From contig CP068257.2 in NCBI GenBank assembly GCA_009914755.4, positions 20,032,001-20,096,000 of the forward strand: a DNA stretch of 64,000 nt, read 5' to 3'. The number at the start of each line of letters is the position of its first letter. Position 1 is the first letter of the stretch. The notes beneath the pieces are model-generated. The model saw only the letters and a program-made list of their open reading frames with translations. It ran no database searches and had not been told where the DNA came from. The translations under genes were made by a program, and so were the position numbers. This document shows, in pieces, positions 12,128 through 26,200 of this stretch. This stretch comes from the human T2T-CHM13v2.0 reference genome, Homo sapiens.

Positions 12128-15100
12128 GCTGCATAGTATTGCATGGTATACATGTACCAAATTTTTAAAATCCAGTCTATTGCTGATGGGTATTTACATT
12201 GATTTCATGTATTTGCTATTGTAAATAGTGCTGCAATGAACATATGTGGTGATTGTAGACATCAATTCAACGCTATTCATATTAAACTACCTTTTGGTTT
12301 TCATCAGGATGAATACCATCTTGATGGTAGAAAATTTATATTCCTTTGGGTATATACCCAATACAGGGATGGCTGAGTCAAATGGTAACTCTGTTTTAAG
12401 TTCTCTGATAAATTTGCCAAACTGCTTTCCACAGTGGCTGAACTAATACTCATTCCAACCAGCCGTGTATAAGCATTCCCTCTTCTCTGTTCCAGCATCT
12501 GTTCTTTTTTTAACTTTATTCAATAACAGCCATTCTTATTGGTGTGAATGGTATCACATTGTGGTTCTGATTTGTATTTCTCTAATGATTAGTGATGTTG
12601 AACGTTTCTTTAGATGTTTTGTGGCCACACACATTTTCTTTTGAAAAGTGTTAGTGTCCTCTGCCCACTTTTTGCTGTGGTGGTTTGGTTTTTGCTTGTA
12701 AATTTGTTCCAGTTCCTTATAGATTCTTGACATTAAACTTTTGTCACATGCATAGTTTGCAAGTATTTTCTCCCATTTGTAGGTTTTCTATTTATTCTAT
12801 TGATTTTTTTTTCTGCTTTGCAGTTCTTTAGCTTAATTAGGTCCCATTTGTCAATTTTTCTTTTTGTTACAGTTACTTTTGGTGTTTTCATTATAAAGTT
12901 TTTGCCAGGGCCTATGTCCAGAATGGTTTTATCTAGTTTATCTTCCAAGGCTTTTATAATTTTAGGTTTTAAACTTAAGTCTTTAATTCATCTTAAGTTT
13001 ACATTTGTATATTGTGTAAGGTAGGAAGGAAGGAAGGAAGGGGTCCAGTTTCCATCTTCTGCATATGGCTAGCCAGTTATCCCAACAACATTTATTAAAT
13101 AGGAAGTCCTTTCCTCATTGCTTACTTTTGCCAACTTTGTGGAAGATCAAATGGTTGTAAGTGTGTGGCCTTATTTCTAAGCTCTCTATTGTGTTCTACT
13201 GGCCTATCTGCCTGTCTTTGTACCAGTACCATGCTGTTTTGGTTATTATAACCTTATAGTATAGTTTGAAGTTGGGTGATGTGATGCCTCCAGCTTTGTT
13301 TTGTTCTTTGTTTTTGTTTTTTGGCTTAGGATTGCTTTGGCTATTTGGGCTCTTTTGTGGACTCATATGAAATTTAGTATAGTTTTTTCGAATTATGTGA
13401 AGAATGTCATTGGTAGTTTGATATGAATAGCATTAAATTGTAAATTGCTTTTGGCAGTATGGCCATTTTAACAATAATGAATCTTCCTATTAACATATAT
13501 GAACTGTTTTTCCCTTTGTTTCAGTCATCTCCAATTTCTTTGCACAGTATTTTGTAATCCTCATTGTAGAGATCTTTCACCTCCTTTGTTAGCTGTATTC
13601 TTAGGTATTTAATTATTTTGTGGCTATTGTGAATGAAATTGTGTCTTGACTTGGCTTTAAGCTTGTACATTGTTTGCTGTTGAAAATGCTACTGATATTT
13701 GTGCATTAATTTTGTATCCTGAAACTTCACTGAAGTTGTTTATGAGATCAAGGATCTTTAGGGCAGAGATTATGGGGTTTTCTCAGTATAGAAACAAATA
13801 ATCAGTGAAAAGAGATAATGTGACTTTCTATCTTCCTATTTGCATGCCTTTTATTTCTTTCCCTTGCCTGATTTCTCTGACTAGTACTTCTAGTACTATG
13901 ATGAATAGAAGTAGTAAGAGTCAGTATCTTTTCTTTTTCCAGTTCTTAAGGAGAATTATTCCAGCTTTTGCCCATATAGTATGATGTTGGCTGTAAGTTT
14001 GTCACAGATGGCTCTTATTATTTTGAGGTGTGTTCCTTCAATACTTAGTCAGTTGACGGTTTTTAACATAAAGGATAAATTTTACTGAAAACCTTTCCTT
14101 AGTCTATTGAGATGATCATGTAGTTTTTGTTTTCACTTTTTTTAATGTGATGAATAATATTTATTGATTTGTGTGTTGAATCAACCTCACATCTTATTAA
14201 TAAAGTCTACTTGATTGTGATGAATTAGCTTTTTCATTTGCTGCTGGATTCAGTTTACTAGAATTCTGTTGAGTATGTTTGTATCTATGTTCTTCAAGGA
14301 TATTGGCCTGAAATTTTCCTTTTTTGTGTGTTTGTCTCTGCTAGGTTTTTGTATAAGAATGATGCTGACCTCACCAAATGACTTCAGGAGGATTCCCCCC
14401 TAGTCAAGTTTTTGGAATACTTTCAATATTAATGGTATCAATTCTTCTTTATACATGTGGTAGAATTTGGCTGTGAATTTATCTGGTCTTGTGCTTTTTC
14501 TGGTTGGTAACTTTTTTTTTTATTATGTATTCCATTTGGGAACTCATTATTGGTTTGTTCAGGAATTCAATTTCTTCCCTTTTCTATCTTGGGGAGTTGT
14601 ATGTTTCATTAAGTTATCATCTATTTCTTTCAGGTTTTCTAGATTGTGTGCATAGAGGTGTTCATAGTAATCAGTAGTCTCTCAGTTTTTGGGGTTTTTT
14701 TGTTTTTTTTTTTTTGTATTTCTGTGGGGTTGGTGGTAATGTCCCCTTTGTCATTTCTGATTGTGTTTATTTGGATCTTTCTATTTTTCATTAGTCTAGG
14801 TAGCAGCCTATCAATCTTATTTATCTTTCAAAAAATAAATTCATAGGTTCATTGATCTTTTCTATAGTTTTTCACATTTTAGTTCAGCTCTAATTTTTTT
14901 TCTCTCCTTCTGATAGCTTTGAGGTTGGTTTGCTCTTGTTTCTCTAGTTCTCCAAGTGTCATATTATGTTGCAAGTTTGTCTTTCTAACTTTTCAATGTG
15001 GCTGTTTAGTGCTATAAACTTCTGTCTTCACATTACTTTAGCTGTGTCCCAGAGGTTGCGATATGTTGTATTTTTGTTCTCATTAGTTCCAAATAATTTA

Positions 15101-15278
15101 TTGATTGCTGTCTTAATTTTTTTGTTGACCCGAAAGTCACTAAGGCAAGGCTGTTTAATTTCCATATAATTGTATTGTTTTGAGTGATGCTTTCATTATT
15201 GATACCCATTATTATTGCACTGTGGTCTGAGAGTGTGGCTGGTATGTTTTTAGTTTTTAAAAGTTTGCTGATAATTGT

Positions 15279-15617
15279 TTAATGACCAATTATGTGGATA
15301 ATTGTATAGTATGTGCCATATACAGATGAGAAGAATCTATATTCTGTTGGTTTTGGGTGGAGAGTTCTGTAGATGTCAGTTAGCTTCATTTGGTCAGGTG
15401 TCAAACTCAGGTCCTGAATATTTTTTTTATCTTTCTGCCTCTCTATCCTGTCTATTACTCTTTGTAAGTTATTGAAGTCTCCCACTATTATTGTGTGGTC
15501 TTCTAAGTCTCTTTGCAGGTCTCTAAGAATTTGTTTTATGAATCTAGGTTCTACAGTGTTGGATGCATGTACATTTAGGATAGCTAGGTCTTCTTGTTGA
15601 ATTGAACCCTTTACCAT
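15279..15617 (-). pseudogene. L1 ORF2 endonuclease-domain remnant (112 aa open segment)
   Basis: The translation MVKGSIQQEDLAILNVHASNTVEPRFIKQILRDLQRDLEDHTIIVGDFNN...IYRTLHPKPTEYRFFS aligns to the L1 ORF2 N-terminal endonuclease region. The surrounding frame is broken. Confidence 0.8.
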
Positions 15618-18600
15618 TATGAAATGTTCTCCTTTGTTCTTTCTGATAATTATTGGTTTAAAGCCTGGTTTGTCTGAAATAAGAATAGCAACTTTTGCTC
15701 TTGATGGTTTTCCATTTGCTTATGAGACCTGTCTCCATCCCTTTACTTTGAACCCATGGGTATCATTGCATGTGAGATGGATCTCTTAAAGACATCACAC
15801 AGTTGGTTCTTGCTTTATCCAACTTTCCACTCTGTGCCTTTTAATTGAGGCATCTATCCCATTTACATTCAAGTTTAATATTGATATTTGTGGATTTGAT
15901 CATGTCTTCATATTGTTAGCTATTTATTATGCAGACTTGATTGTATAGTTGTTTTATAATGCCAATGGTCTATGTACTTAAACTGTATTTTGTGTTGTCC
16001 CGGAACGGTCTTTCCTTTTTATATTTAGTACACCCTTAAGGACCTCCTGTAAGACAGGTCTGGTACTAACAAATTCGCTTAGCATTTGCTTATCTGAAAA
16101 GAATCTCATTTCTCCTTCACTTATGAAACTTAGTTTGACTGGAAATGAAATTCTTGGTTGGAATTTCTTTTCCTTAAGAATGCTAAAAGTAGACCCACAA
16201 ACTCTTCTGGCTTGTAGGGTTTCTGCTGAAAATTCTGCTGTTAGCCTGATGGAGTTCCTTTTGTAGGTGACCTGCCTGTTTCTCTAGCTGCATTTAACAT
16301 TTTTTTCTTACATTTCAATGTTGGAGAACCTGATGACTATGTGTCTTGGGTATGGTCATCTTGTGTAGTATCTCACAGGGGTCCTCTGCATATCCTGAAT
16401 TTGAGTGTTAGTCTTCTAGTGTGGTTGGGGACATTTTTACAAACTTTATCGGCAAATATGTTTTCCAAGTTGCTTGCATTCTCTCCCTCTGCTTCAGGAA
16501 TGCCAATGAGTCATAGATTTTAATCTCTTTATATAGTGTCGTATTTCTCAGAGGTATTCTTCATTTTTCTTTTTTTTCTGTTTTTTTCTGACTGAGTTGT
16601 TTTGGAGAAGTCTTTAATCTCTGATATTCTGTCATCAACTTGGTTAATTCTACTGTTAATTCTTGCAATTGTATTATAAAATTTGAAGTGAGTTTTTCAG
16701 CTCCATCAGATCAGTTTAGTTCCTTCTCAAAATGCCCATTACTTCTTTCAGCTTCTTTATTATTCTGTTGTATTCTTATAGTCCTTGGATTGGATTTTGA
16801 CTGTTTATTAAATCTTGACGATCATCATTCCTATCCAGATTTTGAATTCTCTGTCTGTCATTTCAGCCATTTTAGCCTGGTTAAGAATCATTGCTGGGGA
16901 AATAATGTGGGTATTTGGAGGAAAAAAAGACACTCTGGCTATTTGAGCTGTCGTTGTTCTTGTGCTGGTTCTTTCTCATATCCGTGTGCTGAAGTTTCTT
17001 CAGTCTTTGCAGATGCTATCCTTTGGATAAGTTTTTTGCTTTTATCTTATTTGATGCTGTTGGGGGTTTTATGGTGGTATAAAGTGGGTTACAGTCTTCA
17101 TTTCTGGAAGATTCTAGTGGGTCAAGGCTCGGCTCAGCACTCCTTGGTTGTGTGTTCCAACTATCGGGAGCTGGTACTGAGCTCTGGCTTTGTTTTCTGG
17201 ACCCCCAAGGTTAGAAATCTGCTATGCTATAGGGGCCAAGGTGTTCCTAGTCTACTGGCCCCAACACTCAATCAGTGGTGCGGGTGTTGGCATAACTTAT
17301 GTATTTGGTGCAGAAATGTTTACCTAGGAAAATAAGCCTATAAATTAGTAAACAATTTTACATTTTCCTAAGAAATTTTTTCAAAGCCATATTATTTTTC
17401 CTCAAGTAAAGAGTTAGATAATTTAGGCAAGCAAGTCTCCCCTCAGGCAATAGATTGCTAACCTGTCCAAACAGCTTGCTTATTTTACAACAGTTTACTT
17501 ATCAAGGCCATTATCTAACTGTGTCCACCAATCTTAATTATGTCACCATCTTTGCACGAACCTAATTATCTTCTTTCTTTGAATGAACAGAAATAATCTG
17601 CAGTATCACAGGTGTAGGCATCTTGTAAATACCCTCCTCTGTCCATTCCGTTCTGAAATGCTGCAGACTCAAGACTCTTCTTTTCAGTAAGAATAATTTA
17701 CTTACCTTTCTTTGGTGAACAGTTTTCTTTGTTATTGTTGATCTTTTGATGGTACCAGCGGTCAAAACTTATTTTATAGCAGATATAGAACTAAGTTATA
17801 ATCCATGCTTTGACTCAAAGATCTCAACAGTCTTCAGTCATCTTATTGAATGCATCTTATTAAAATACATCTCCACTGTATATTTTTCTCTATGGAGATG
17901 AGCTTCCTTAAAAACTCACCCACTTCTATGCAACAGAATAATTCATCTTAATCTCTAGTTTTTACCATTCTTCGAACTCTAGTCCTGCATTTTCTACTGC
18001 CTGCAGGACTTTTCCACTTGACTGCATTTCTATCATCTGACACCATTTAACTGACACTATTTAAACTAAACTCATCTATGCCAAAAATGTAATTCTCTGG
18101 ACTTCATTATTATACCAAAATTTGGCAGACGTTTTAAAAATCTTATGCACACATTTCTTGTCACCCTATTAACATTGTAAATGTCCTGAGGAAAAGGATC
18201 TCATAAGATACTTCTCAATATTATCTTTCTCTTCTGCTAAGCACAATGCAGTGCATGAGGTGTTCAGTAAAGAGAGAAAAAGTGAAAAATGAGAGAGCTG
18301 TAAGTCATTTTAATTACTACATAAAATTAGGTTTGGCATGATATTTAAAATTACAATTTAATTTGATTCAATGGTCATGAGCTAGTGTCATCAGGACTGC
18401 TCAAAAAACCCCAGGGGTACTTATAATGAATAATTATCATACCCTGACCCCTAGGCAGGCTGTTCTTAGGTTGTGAGTGTCATGAAATGAACCCTGGAGG
18501 TGATATTAGGGAAAAGAGAAAAAATGAAGACAGCTTTTTTCTTTCTCTCACTAGAATAGTCTGCTGACAACAGGCAATTAAAGTTCAAGGATATTTGAGA

Positions 18601-20242
18601 GAGGAAGCCCATTTTAAATATGGAAGAGAAAGTTGAGTGATAGAAGGGTTAGATAAATTGAGTCCAGCAGTACAACCTCAAGAATAAGTTCTGAAAGGAA
18701 ATCCTTGTAAACTGTTTGGTTTTCTTTTATAGAATCACCTAAGTTGGTCACCATAGAGATGACACAAGCAAAGACAGTACTCTCTTCCTCTAAGCTTGCA
18801 AATGCCTTTGTAAGAATGGACACCAGCAAATTCCACCCCCAAAAAGAGAGATATAATAGAAACAGAGCAATATTGTCAAACACCAGGACTTCTGATCTAT
18901 GTCCCAGCAGTAGTGGTAAAAATGAATCAAGACAACAAATGTAATTTTTTTTCTTTCTTCCTATAATATAATTGTAGATAAACATGAGAAGTCATATATT
19001 ATTAGGTCAGGGTTAAGTAAAAATGATGCAGCATTCATTTTCATTCAATTTAATTCAACAAATGCTTAGTAAAAGTCATGTGGTAGATACTCTACCAATA
19101 TTGTGGATACACAAAAGGAGTTAATACATAACCTATTCCCTCAAGAAGATGCATTTATTTGTAGTTAGAAGCCCCAGTACTATGTGGAAATTCTATATAC
19201 TTTTATTCCATTCCTCTTTCTACTCTCTTAGGTCATTTCACACTTTCTCATTATTATTAAACTTCTCAAAAATCATTCTGACAAGATAACTCGTAAGTTT
19301 CTCAGAACAGAAAATATATAACAAAATGAATGTGTGAATGAAGTAAAATAATTTCAATATTTCTGTGTAATGCAAAAAATCAAAAAAACAAAGTTCTCTG
19401 GTTTTCACTTAATTTGTTTGGCAAATAGCTCTTATTCTCATAGCTTATTCATTTTTACAGAAATATTGCCATAATTCTGGTTGCTCTTTTACACTAACCA
19501 TCACAGAGGTAAATGAAAAAACCTTTCTTGTGTAATTTCAGAAGGTAATGCCTTTTAATGTAACTCTATATTTTAACATTTTGATTTTAGAACAGAGCTT
19601 TAGTGTTGATAAGGCATAATTATATACATGTATTAATAATTACACACATGTAGAGGTATTATATATAATGGAAATTGAATATACTCTACATAAAAATAAA
19701 ATTATAAGCAAATGAACATTATTGAAATGCATTATTAGTAAAACTGATGCTGTAGGTAAAACTAATTATAATTAAAATCAAAATATTTACTGAACCTACT
19801 TACTCCTATAATTTGCGTTGCTGGTTAAAACCCAGCTATAAAAATTTTGATCAAAAATTTTTATTTTGTAAATGATCTGACACAGCATAAATGTTAATCA
19901 CATTTCTTTATTTTATTTGCAGATTAATTTGAGTAATTTGAAAAATTATTAATGTTACTTAATTACTCTCAACACCTTACAGTGTCTCCTGTAAGCACTA
20001 TTGGTGATACTGAATTTAAGTTACATTTAACAACTATCAGAAAATAGTTTTTAAAGTAAAAATTATGATTTGGAGTTTACCAACTAAATCTTGTTAGCTT
20101 TCACTGCCTCTATTGAGAAGAGCAGCAGTTCTTATCTTCCTCCTTTTTCTTCTTTAATTAACAAGAGATTATTTGTATCATAGCCATAAAATCAGTTCAG
20201 GTCTTACATGAACGACACCCCTGACTGCAATGGTGTAGTTTA

Positions 20243-20603
20243 TTGTATTAGTCCATTTTCATGCTGCTGATAAAGACATACATAAGACTGGGTAATTTAT
20301 AAAGAAATAGAAGTTTAACGGACTCACAGTTCCATGTGGCTGGGGAAGCCTCACAATCATGATCGAAGGCAAAAGGCACATCTTACATGGCAACAGGCAA
20401 GAGAGAATGAGAGCGAAGTGAAAGGAGAAACCCCTTATAAAACCTTCAGACCTCATGAGACTTATTCACTACCACAAGAACAGTATGTGAGAAACAGTCC
20501 CATGATCCAGTTATCTCCCACTGGGTCCCTCCCACCACACAAGGGAATTATGGGAACTGCAATTCAAGATGAAATGTGGGTGGAAGCACAACGGAACTAT
20601 ATC
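20243..20603 (-). mobile_element. Solo THE1/MST-class (ERVL-MaLR) LTR
   Basis: Its reverse-complement LTR motifs are tgtattagtccattttcatgctgctgataaagacatac...cacagttccatgtggctggggaagcctcacaatcatg...gggaattatgggaactgcaattcaagatgaaatgtgggtgg...ctatatca. Confidence 0.7.
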
Positions 20604-22879
20604 ATTGATCAAAGCATTATTGTTTTCTCTGATAAGCTGATCTAGAAAGTGCTGCTTGTGATCAGCTTTGGTGACCATGATCAGTGAAATGGTTAAGGAA
20701 ATCTACAGATTTTGTAGGTTTGTGCCTTGACAGACGACCGGTATCTGTTTCTCTTTTCATGATGAAGTATCTAACAAAGCTCTGTCCAAAATTTTGAATT
20801 TCTCGTTAAAAGCATCATGATTATAGAACAGAGGTTACAATCAATTATTCAGTCACACAATCACTCTCATCAGTCATTAAGGTGCGTACCTGGTGTTCCA
20901 GTTATTCAGTGTGGTATAACAAACTACCTGGAACTTAATGGCTTGAAATAGTCACCATTACATTATGATTGTCCATTCTCTGCATCAATAATTAGGATTT
21001 GGCAAAGAGGGAATGGTTTGTTTACAGACAGACTCCAATGTCTGGGAATAACTTGAAAATATAAAGATTTCTTTTTAAAAATGTTATCTTTAAATTTATT
21101 TTTATTCCATATATTTAAGGTGTACACAATGATGTTTTGATATACACATGAATTTGGATCTATGTTTCAAGATCACCGTCTGTATCTGGTGAGGGGTAGG
21201 AGAGAATAGAAGAATGCTGCTAGAGATGGCTCCTTAAACAGACCAGAGAAAAGAGTCTGAAGTAGTAACTTAGCTAGCATGTTTAATCTACATAGAGTAT
21301 AACTAGAAAATAGTCATATTCTAGGTTGAGATACAAGAAATGGGATGTGTAAGAGAAAGATAATGAAGATGCAGATAAATTCTCCATTTTCAGTGTTATT
21401 TGGTTCTACATAGCATATTGGTAAAAGACTACAACTACTTATTTTTCTCTTTATGATAGCATCATTGTAACACATTTTTTAACCCAAATGCATACATGAT
21501 TGTAGCAGTTTGCTTAATAACTCCTTTTTATTCTGAGGCTTCCCAGGCAAATGCTAAGTGAACATAAAATGAATGTATGTTATCTACACATTTAATATAA
21601 AAAATAAAATAAATGAATGAGTGGATAAATGTAGAGTTTTTAAAACATAAATGATTTAATGCATTCAATAAAACATTTTTATTATAAATAGTTCAGGGAT
21701 AATTTTTAATTCCTTATTTCCCTAAAAATAATTCAAGATCATTATTATAAAAATATTCAACAAACCACTAATCATAGAATTAATATGAATGTAGTAATCC
21801 CTTCTGTACCTTGGAGTCAAAATCTACCACATAATTATTAGGCAATTAATATTTTGGAAAAAAAGTTTAAATATGCTAATTAAAGTGTTTGTTTTTAATT
21901 GTAAAGGGTCATTACCAAGTAATGTGCTGGTAAGTGTCACTTACAAATGGTTAGGAAATGAAAGTTATGAACAATAAAATTAGTTCAAGTTCATTTTTTG
22001 TCTAGGAATATTAAATGCTTTATCATTACACTTAGTTGTAACTTCACTTCATCTGACTCCATATTAATGATGGCAGGGATTTCAGAAAAAAATAAGTATG
22101 ATATTCCTCATGGATTGCTCATCAGAGATATTGATTATGCTCAATTATTTCCTATAAAGGCAGGATTAAAGTTTATGAGCACAAATGAGAGAGCTTGGTT
22201 TACTATACTGAACCTTTACTTGAGAATATGTATATCATATATATATGTAAATTTTTGTTGCTGTTCAGTGTTATTTTGGTCAATTTAAATAGTCAAATAT
22301 GGTTATTTTCTGCTAAAATATCAAAATATCTTAATCCTCTGTATTATTATGATCGTTCATTCATTCAAAATTTCTTGAGCACCTTTTAGGTACTTGAAAT
22401 AAACCACTAAACACAACAAAAGTTTCTTTCCTTCTCTTGTAGAACAACAAACACAAAATAAGTAAATTATATGATGTGTTTATATGTGATAAATATTATG
22501 AAAAATAGAAACATTAGATTAAATAGAGGTTTGGGGAGTCAAGGATGTGTATCATGGTTTATAATTATAAAGATATTGATCAGAATCAATACAGGCCTCA
22601 TTGGGAAGATGTCATTTGAGCAACAAATAAAAGGAGGAAAAACACTGATTTGTGAGGATATTTGCAAGTTCATAAAGCAGAAGTGTGCCTTCCCTGTTTG
22701 CGAAACCTCTGAGATGTTGGTAAGCCTGAAATGAGATATTCAAGGAAAAGGTACTGAGGGAAAGAGGATGGTAGAGTGTGCAGATATATGTAGGAAACTG
22801 TGGGCTACTGTGAGGAATTTGCTTATACTCTGACTGAAATATGGAGCCAGTATTAGGTTTTGACATGATCTGACAGAGT

Positions 22880-23230
22880 CACTCTAACTACCGGGTTAAG
22901 TGTAGGTTTGTAAGAGTGGACTTAGGGAAATTAATTAGGAGGCCATTGCAGAAATACAAACGAGATGACAGCGTCGAGGACCAACATGTTAGTAATGGAG
23001 GTGGTGAGCAGTGGCCATTTTCTGCATATTTGCAATGTAAATGCCGCAGAATTTCCTGGTGGATTGGAAAAGAAAAGAGATATGTGAAAAAGGAAAAAGA
23101 AGAGTCAAGAAAGAGGCTTGTTTGGGCCAAACGAATTGGAAGGGCCGCGTCGCCATCAGCTGGATGCATAGAAGACTGCAGCGGAGCAGGTGTGGCAGGG
23201 AGTGGTAGGGAGGAGCAAAGCTTCTGTTTT
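22880..23230 (+). repeat. Possible L2 LINE 3' region fragment (tentative)
   Basis: The motif ggaggccattgcagaaatacaaacgagatgacag...ggaggtggtgagcagtggcca...gcagaatttcctggtggattggaaa resembles the L2 3' consensus (gaggccattgcagtaatccaggcgagagatgatgg...ggaggtggtgagaagtgg...tgctgatggattggatgtgg). The match was made by eye only. Confidence 0.3.
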
Positions 23231-26200
23231 AATTAAGTATGAAAACTTACCACATATGTGGAAGTTTCTGTTCATTCAAAAAATGTTTTGTTTGTTTTGG
23301 TAAGGCTAACACTGATTTTTTTTTAAAGCATTTGGTTTAATAGTCATAGAATTGAGTCCATTTCTATCAGAGCATTGTATTGTGGAAAGAATTTGCCACG
23401 TGACTTGTTTTGGTTCATGGAAGAAGAGATGAAGTAACCCACGCCTTGAAAAGTGCTCACCCAGTGAGACTTGCCCCACTCTTCTCTCTGAGATGCTTTT
23501 TGTCATTGTATGAACAGGTCGGGGATAATATTTTAAAAGATGAGAGACCACTCAGAGAAAGTGCCTGAGTGTCTTAGTTCCAGCTGGACCCTGGAGGGAA
23601 AACATCCAAGACCACCCAACCCTGATCAAACAAACAAACCACCTAGCCAAGTAACAGTCAAAGAAAATCTTGTTGTTTTGTTACGTGCTACTAATTTTTT
23701 GAGGGAAATTGCGGGGCACATTGTGACGTAGCAAAGGTTAATTGATATAAATACCAACCAGGTTATTTATCTAGTTAACGTCATTGATATTATAATCTAG
23801 ATGATTACAAAATCTCCAATTCATTGAAAAAAGATGTAACTTTTGAGACCAGTAAGACCTGACTTTGAATCTGGAGCTTGATACTTTGCAGTTGCCTGAC
23901 TCTCATCTCTTAATTTTGCCGCACTTGATTTGGGCCCTAAGAAAAAAATGGGAACACAACCTTGTACAGCTTTTGTAGATGAAATAAACTTTATAAATAA
24001 AATATATTCAGCATATACTACATGCTCAACAAACTATTATTATTTTTATTAATTACATGTCATTATTTAGACATCATGTAATGTACTTATTCTGTTTTTT
24101 ACATTTATATTATTATTCTTATTTTTAATATTTTGCTGTCAAAGCTTTAGAGCTTAGTATTGAGATTCTCAACTGTCATTAATTACATTTTTGAGCATTT
24201 TAATAACATCTTATGGAATTCCAATCAGCGTTGCAATTCCTAGAAAAAAAATGATTATCTTGCTTCCTTCCTTGTATATGTACCCATAGTTGATCTTTCT
24301 TTCCTGGCAGAACTGTGGGGAAATTGAGTGGCCTTTGAAGGCATTCATGACAGCATCTGTAAAAGATTTACAGCACTTAATCTGTCAGAGATTTGTCCTT
24401 AGAATTAAAGAGCAGTAGGATATCTTTAGACCACAGGTCGCATGCTTAGTTACATTCAAAATATCTTGTAAAATTAGTTTCAATGTCATCATACTAATGC
24501 CTATGTCAGCTTTTTAAAAACAGTGGCAATGATATACAGCCACCTAAACTTTGACTGGAGACTATAAAATAGATGGAGTGGTCAAATTTAGTCTTAAGTA
24601 ACCTTTTATTCAATGACAGTAATTACTTATTTGAACCTTTAATTCATTTAAATTTGCTTGAACTTTCAAGTGACTACCCACGTATTTTCCATTTTGACAG
24701 ATAAAATTCAATGACTAATATGTAGAACAACCTACCTAATGCTTTGGTGTGATTGACAGTTAAAAATCATAAAGCACCTTTTCCTCTGACAGATTTGAAA
24801 AGCTAAATCTTTAATAAGATCAATTTACATTTATTACTTTTTTCACTATTTTTACAGAAACATTCTCCAAAATAACAATTAATGCTCCATGAATGAGATT
24901 CAAGAGATTTGGGAAAACATGAAAATGTCTTGTATATATACACTTTGCTTGTGAGAATTCCAAAGTTTTCATCATTTTTAAAGTTTTTGTGTGTGTGACC
25001 CTGGTGAAATTACAGTCACTGCTTTAATGACATTGTAAACATCTGTTAATCAAATAACAAGTGATCTTACCAAAAATATATTACAAATGTATCGCTCCAG
25101 TGAAAGAATCATATAGAAATATTCTTCTTAATTTTTCCTCCCAAATGTTTTTCTCTAACTCACTTGCATCGGTTATAATGTATGGACATATTCATTGACA
25201 TAAAATGGATGTATTTATTGAATAAAATCCTTTGAAATGGTTTGCTTTAAGCGGGCTGCTAAAAAAAATCATGTTTTAGTTTTACATTTGTATTTTTGTC
25301 ATTTCTCGTAGAGCAGATGACAAATCAGCCATCTATTGGCTCACTATCCCGAATTTTGGAATAGTGACTTTGTCCTTGAACACATTCTCTGAGATTGTGG
25401 TAGTGCAGCCACATTTTCGCCCAGAACTAATACTCAGAAAGTCGATGGAATTGCACTGTTTTTGAGAGCTTTCAGTCAGGTTGCTATGGGAGTGATTATA
25501 AGGAGTAAAGCTTCCTATGGTTTCACTGAACTATTTGAACAGACTCCCTCCCAACTTACTTGCCATCTCTCTGTTACTGTATTTATCTTAAAGTCTAGCT
25601 CTATACTAACCTGAAAAATCTTGCTTTAGCTATAGAACCACAACATTCTTTCTAAGTTTATCAATTTAGACTCCTTTAACTTGGAACCAGTGGTCATCCA
25701 GATACAGAATAGATGACTTATGGCAGATTTGTTTAAAAAAAAATTAAAGCAGGTATAATGATATCTGCAATTAACCTGTAATTTCTGTTTTTGTAGTTAT
25801 TACTGGCTGCCATTTTTTTTTTTTTACTAATTCTAATTACAGGTTGTTCTCAGATTTTATCAGTAACGCTTGACCAATTTACCATAAATGATGATTATTG
25901 AGATCCAGTGTCACTTTCTAATCCAATAGATCTTGGATGTAGCCCAGGGATATGCATATTTTATGCGTTTCCCCTAATGAGTCTGCCTCTGGTTTTCGGA
26001 AGATCCTGGTTTGAGAAAACTGTTTGAGAATTTAAGTTGGGTCTCTCACCTAAGAGACTGTTTCTTTTCCCTAACCTTCATAAATTGCAGTCAGCAGATA
26101 TATCCAATAAATCTTGTACAATCATGGAGAAAATTTAAGGCATACTTTTAGAAATGAGGATTCTTGTTTTTGTATGTAAACTTTCATGCTGTTTATGTCA

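Larger units (their letters stand above)
11745..17340 (-). mobile_element. L1 LINE (intermediate age, L1PB/L1MA-like), about 5.6 kb: 3' UTR, degraded ORF2, ORF1-region and partial 5' region, on minus strand
   Basis: The 3'-end antisense motif gggggtacatgtgcaggtttgttat is at 11760-11800. Antisense ORF2 landmarks are present: atggctgcatagtattgcatgg, gggtatatacccaatacagggatggctgagtcaaatgg and gggtccagtttccatcttctgcatatggctagccagtt. An ORF2 endonuclease-domain ORF sits at 15279-15617(-). Confidence 0.85.

Noticed and set aside
16640-17335. Longest non-TE-looking ORF in the track (231 aa, + strand)
   Set aside because: It lies entirely inside the minus-strand L1, antisense to the ORF1/5' region. 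The translation is low complexity (runs of S, L, C, F) and has no recognisable domain. An open frame of about 700 nt in AT-poor L1 antisense sequence is not surprising, so I treat it as noise.
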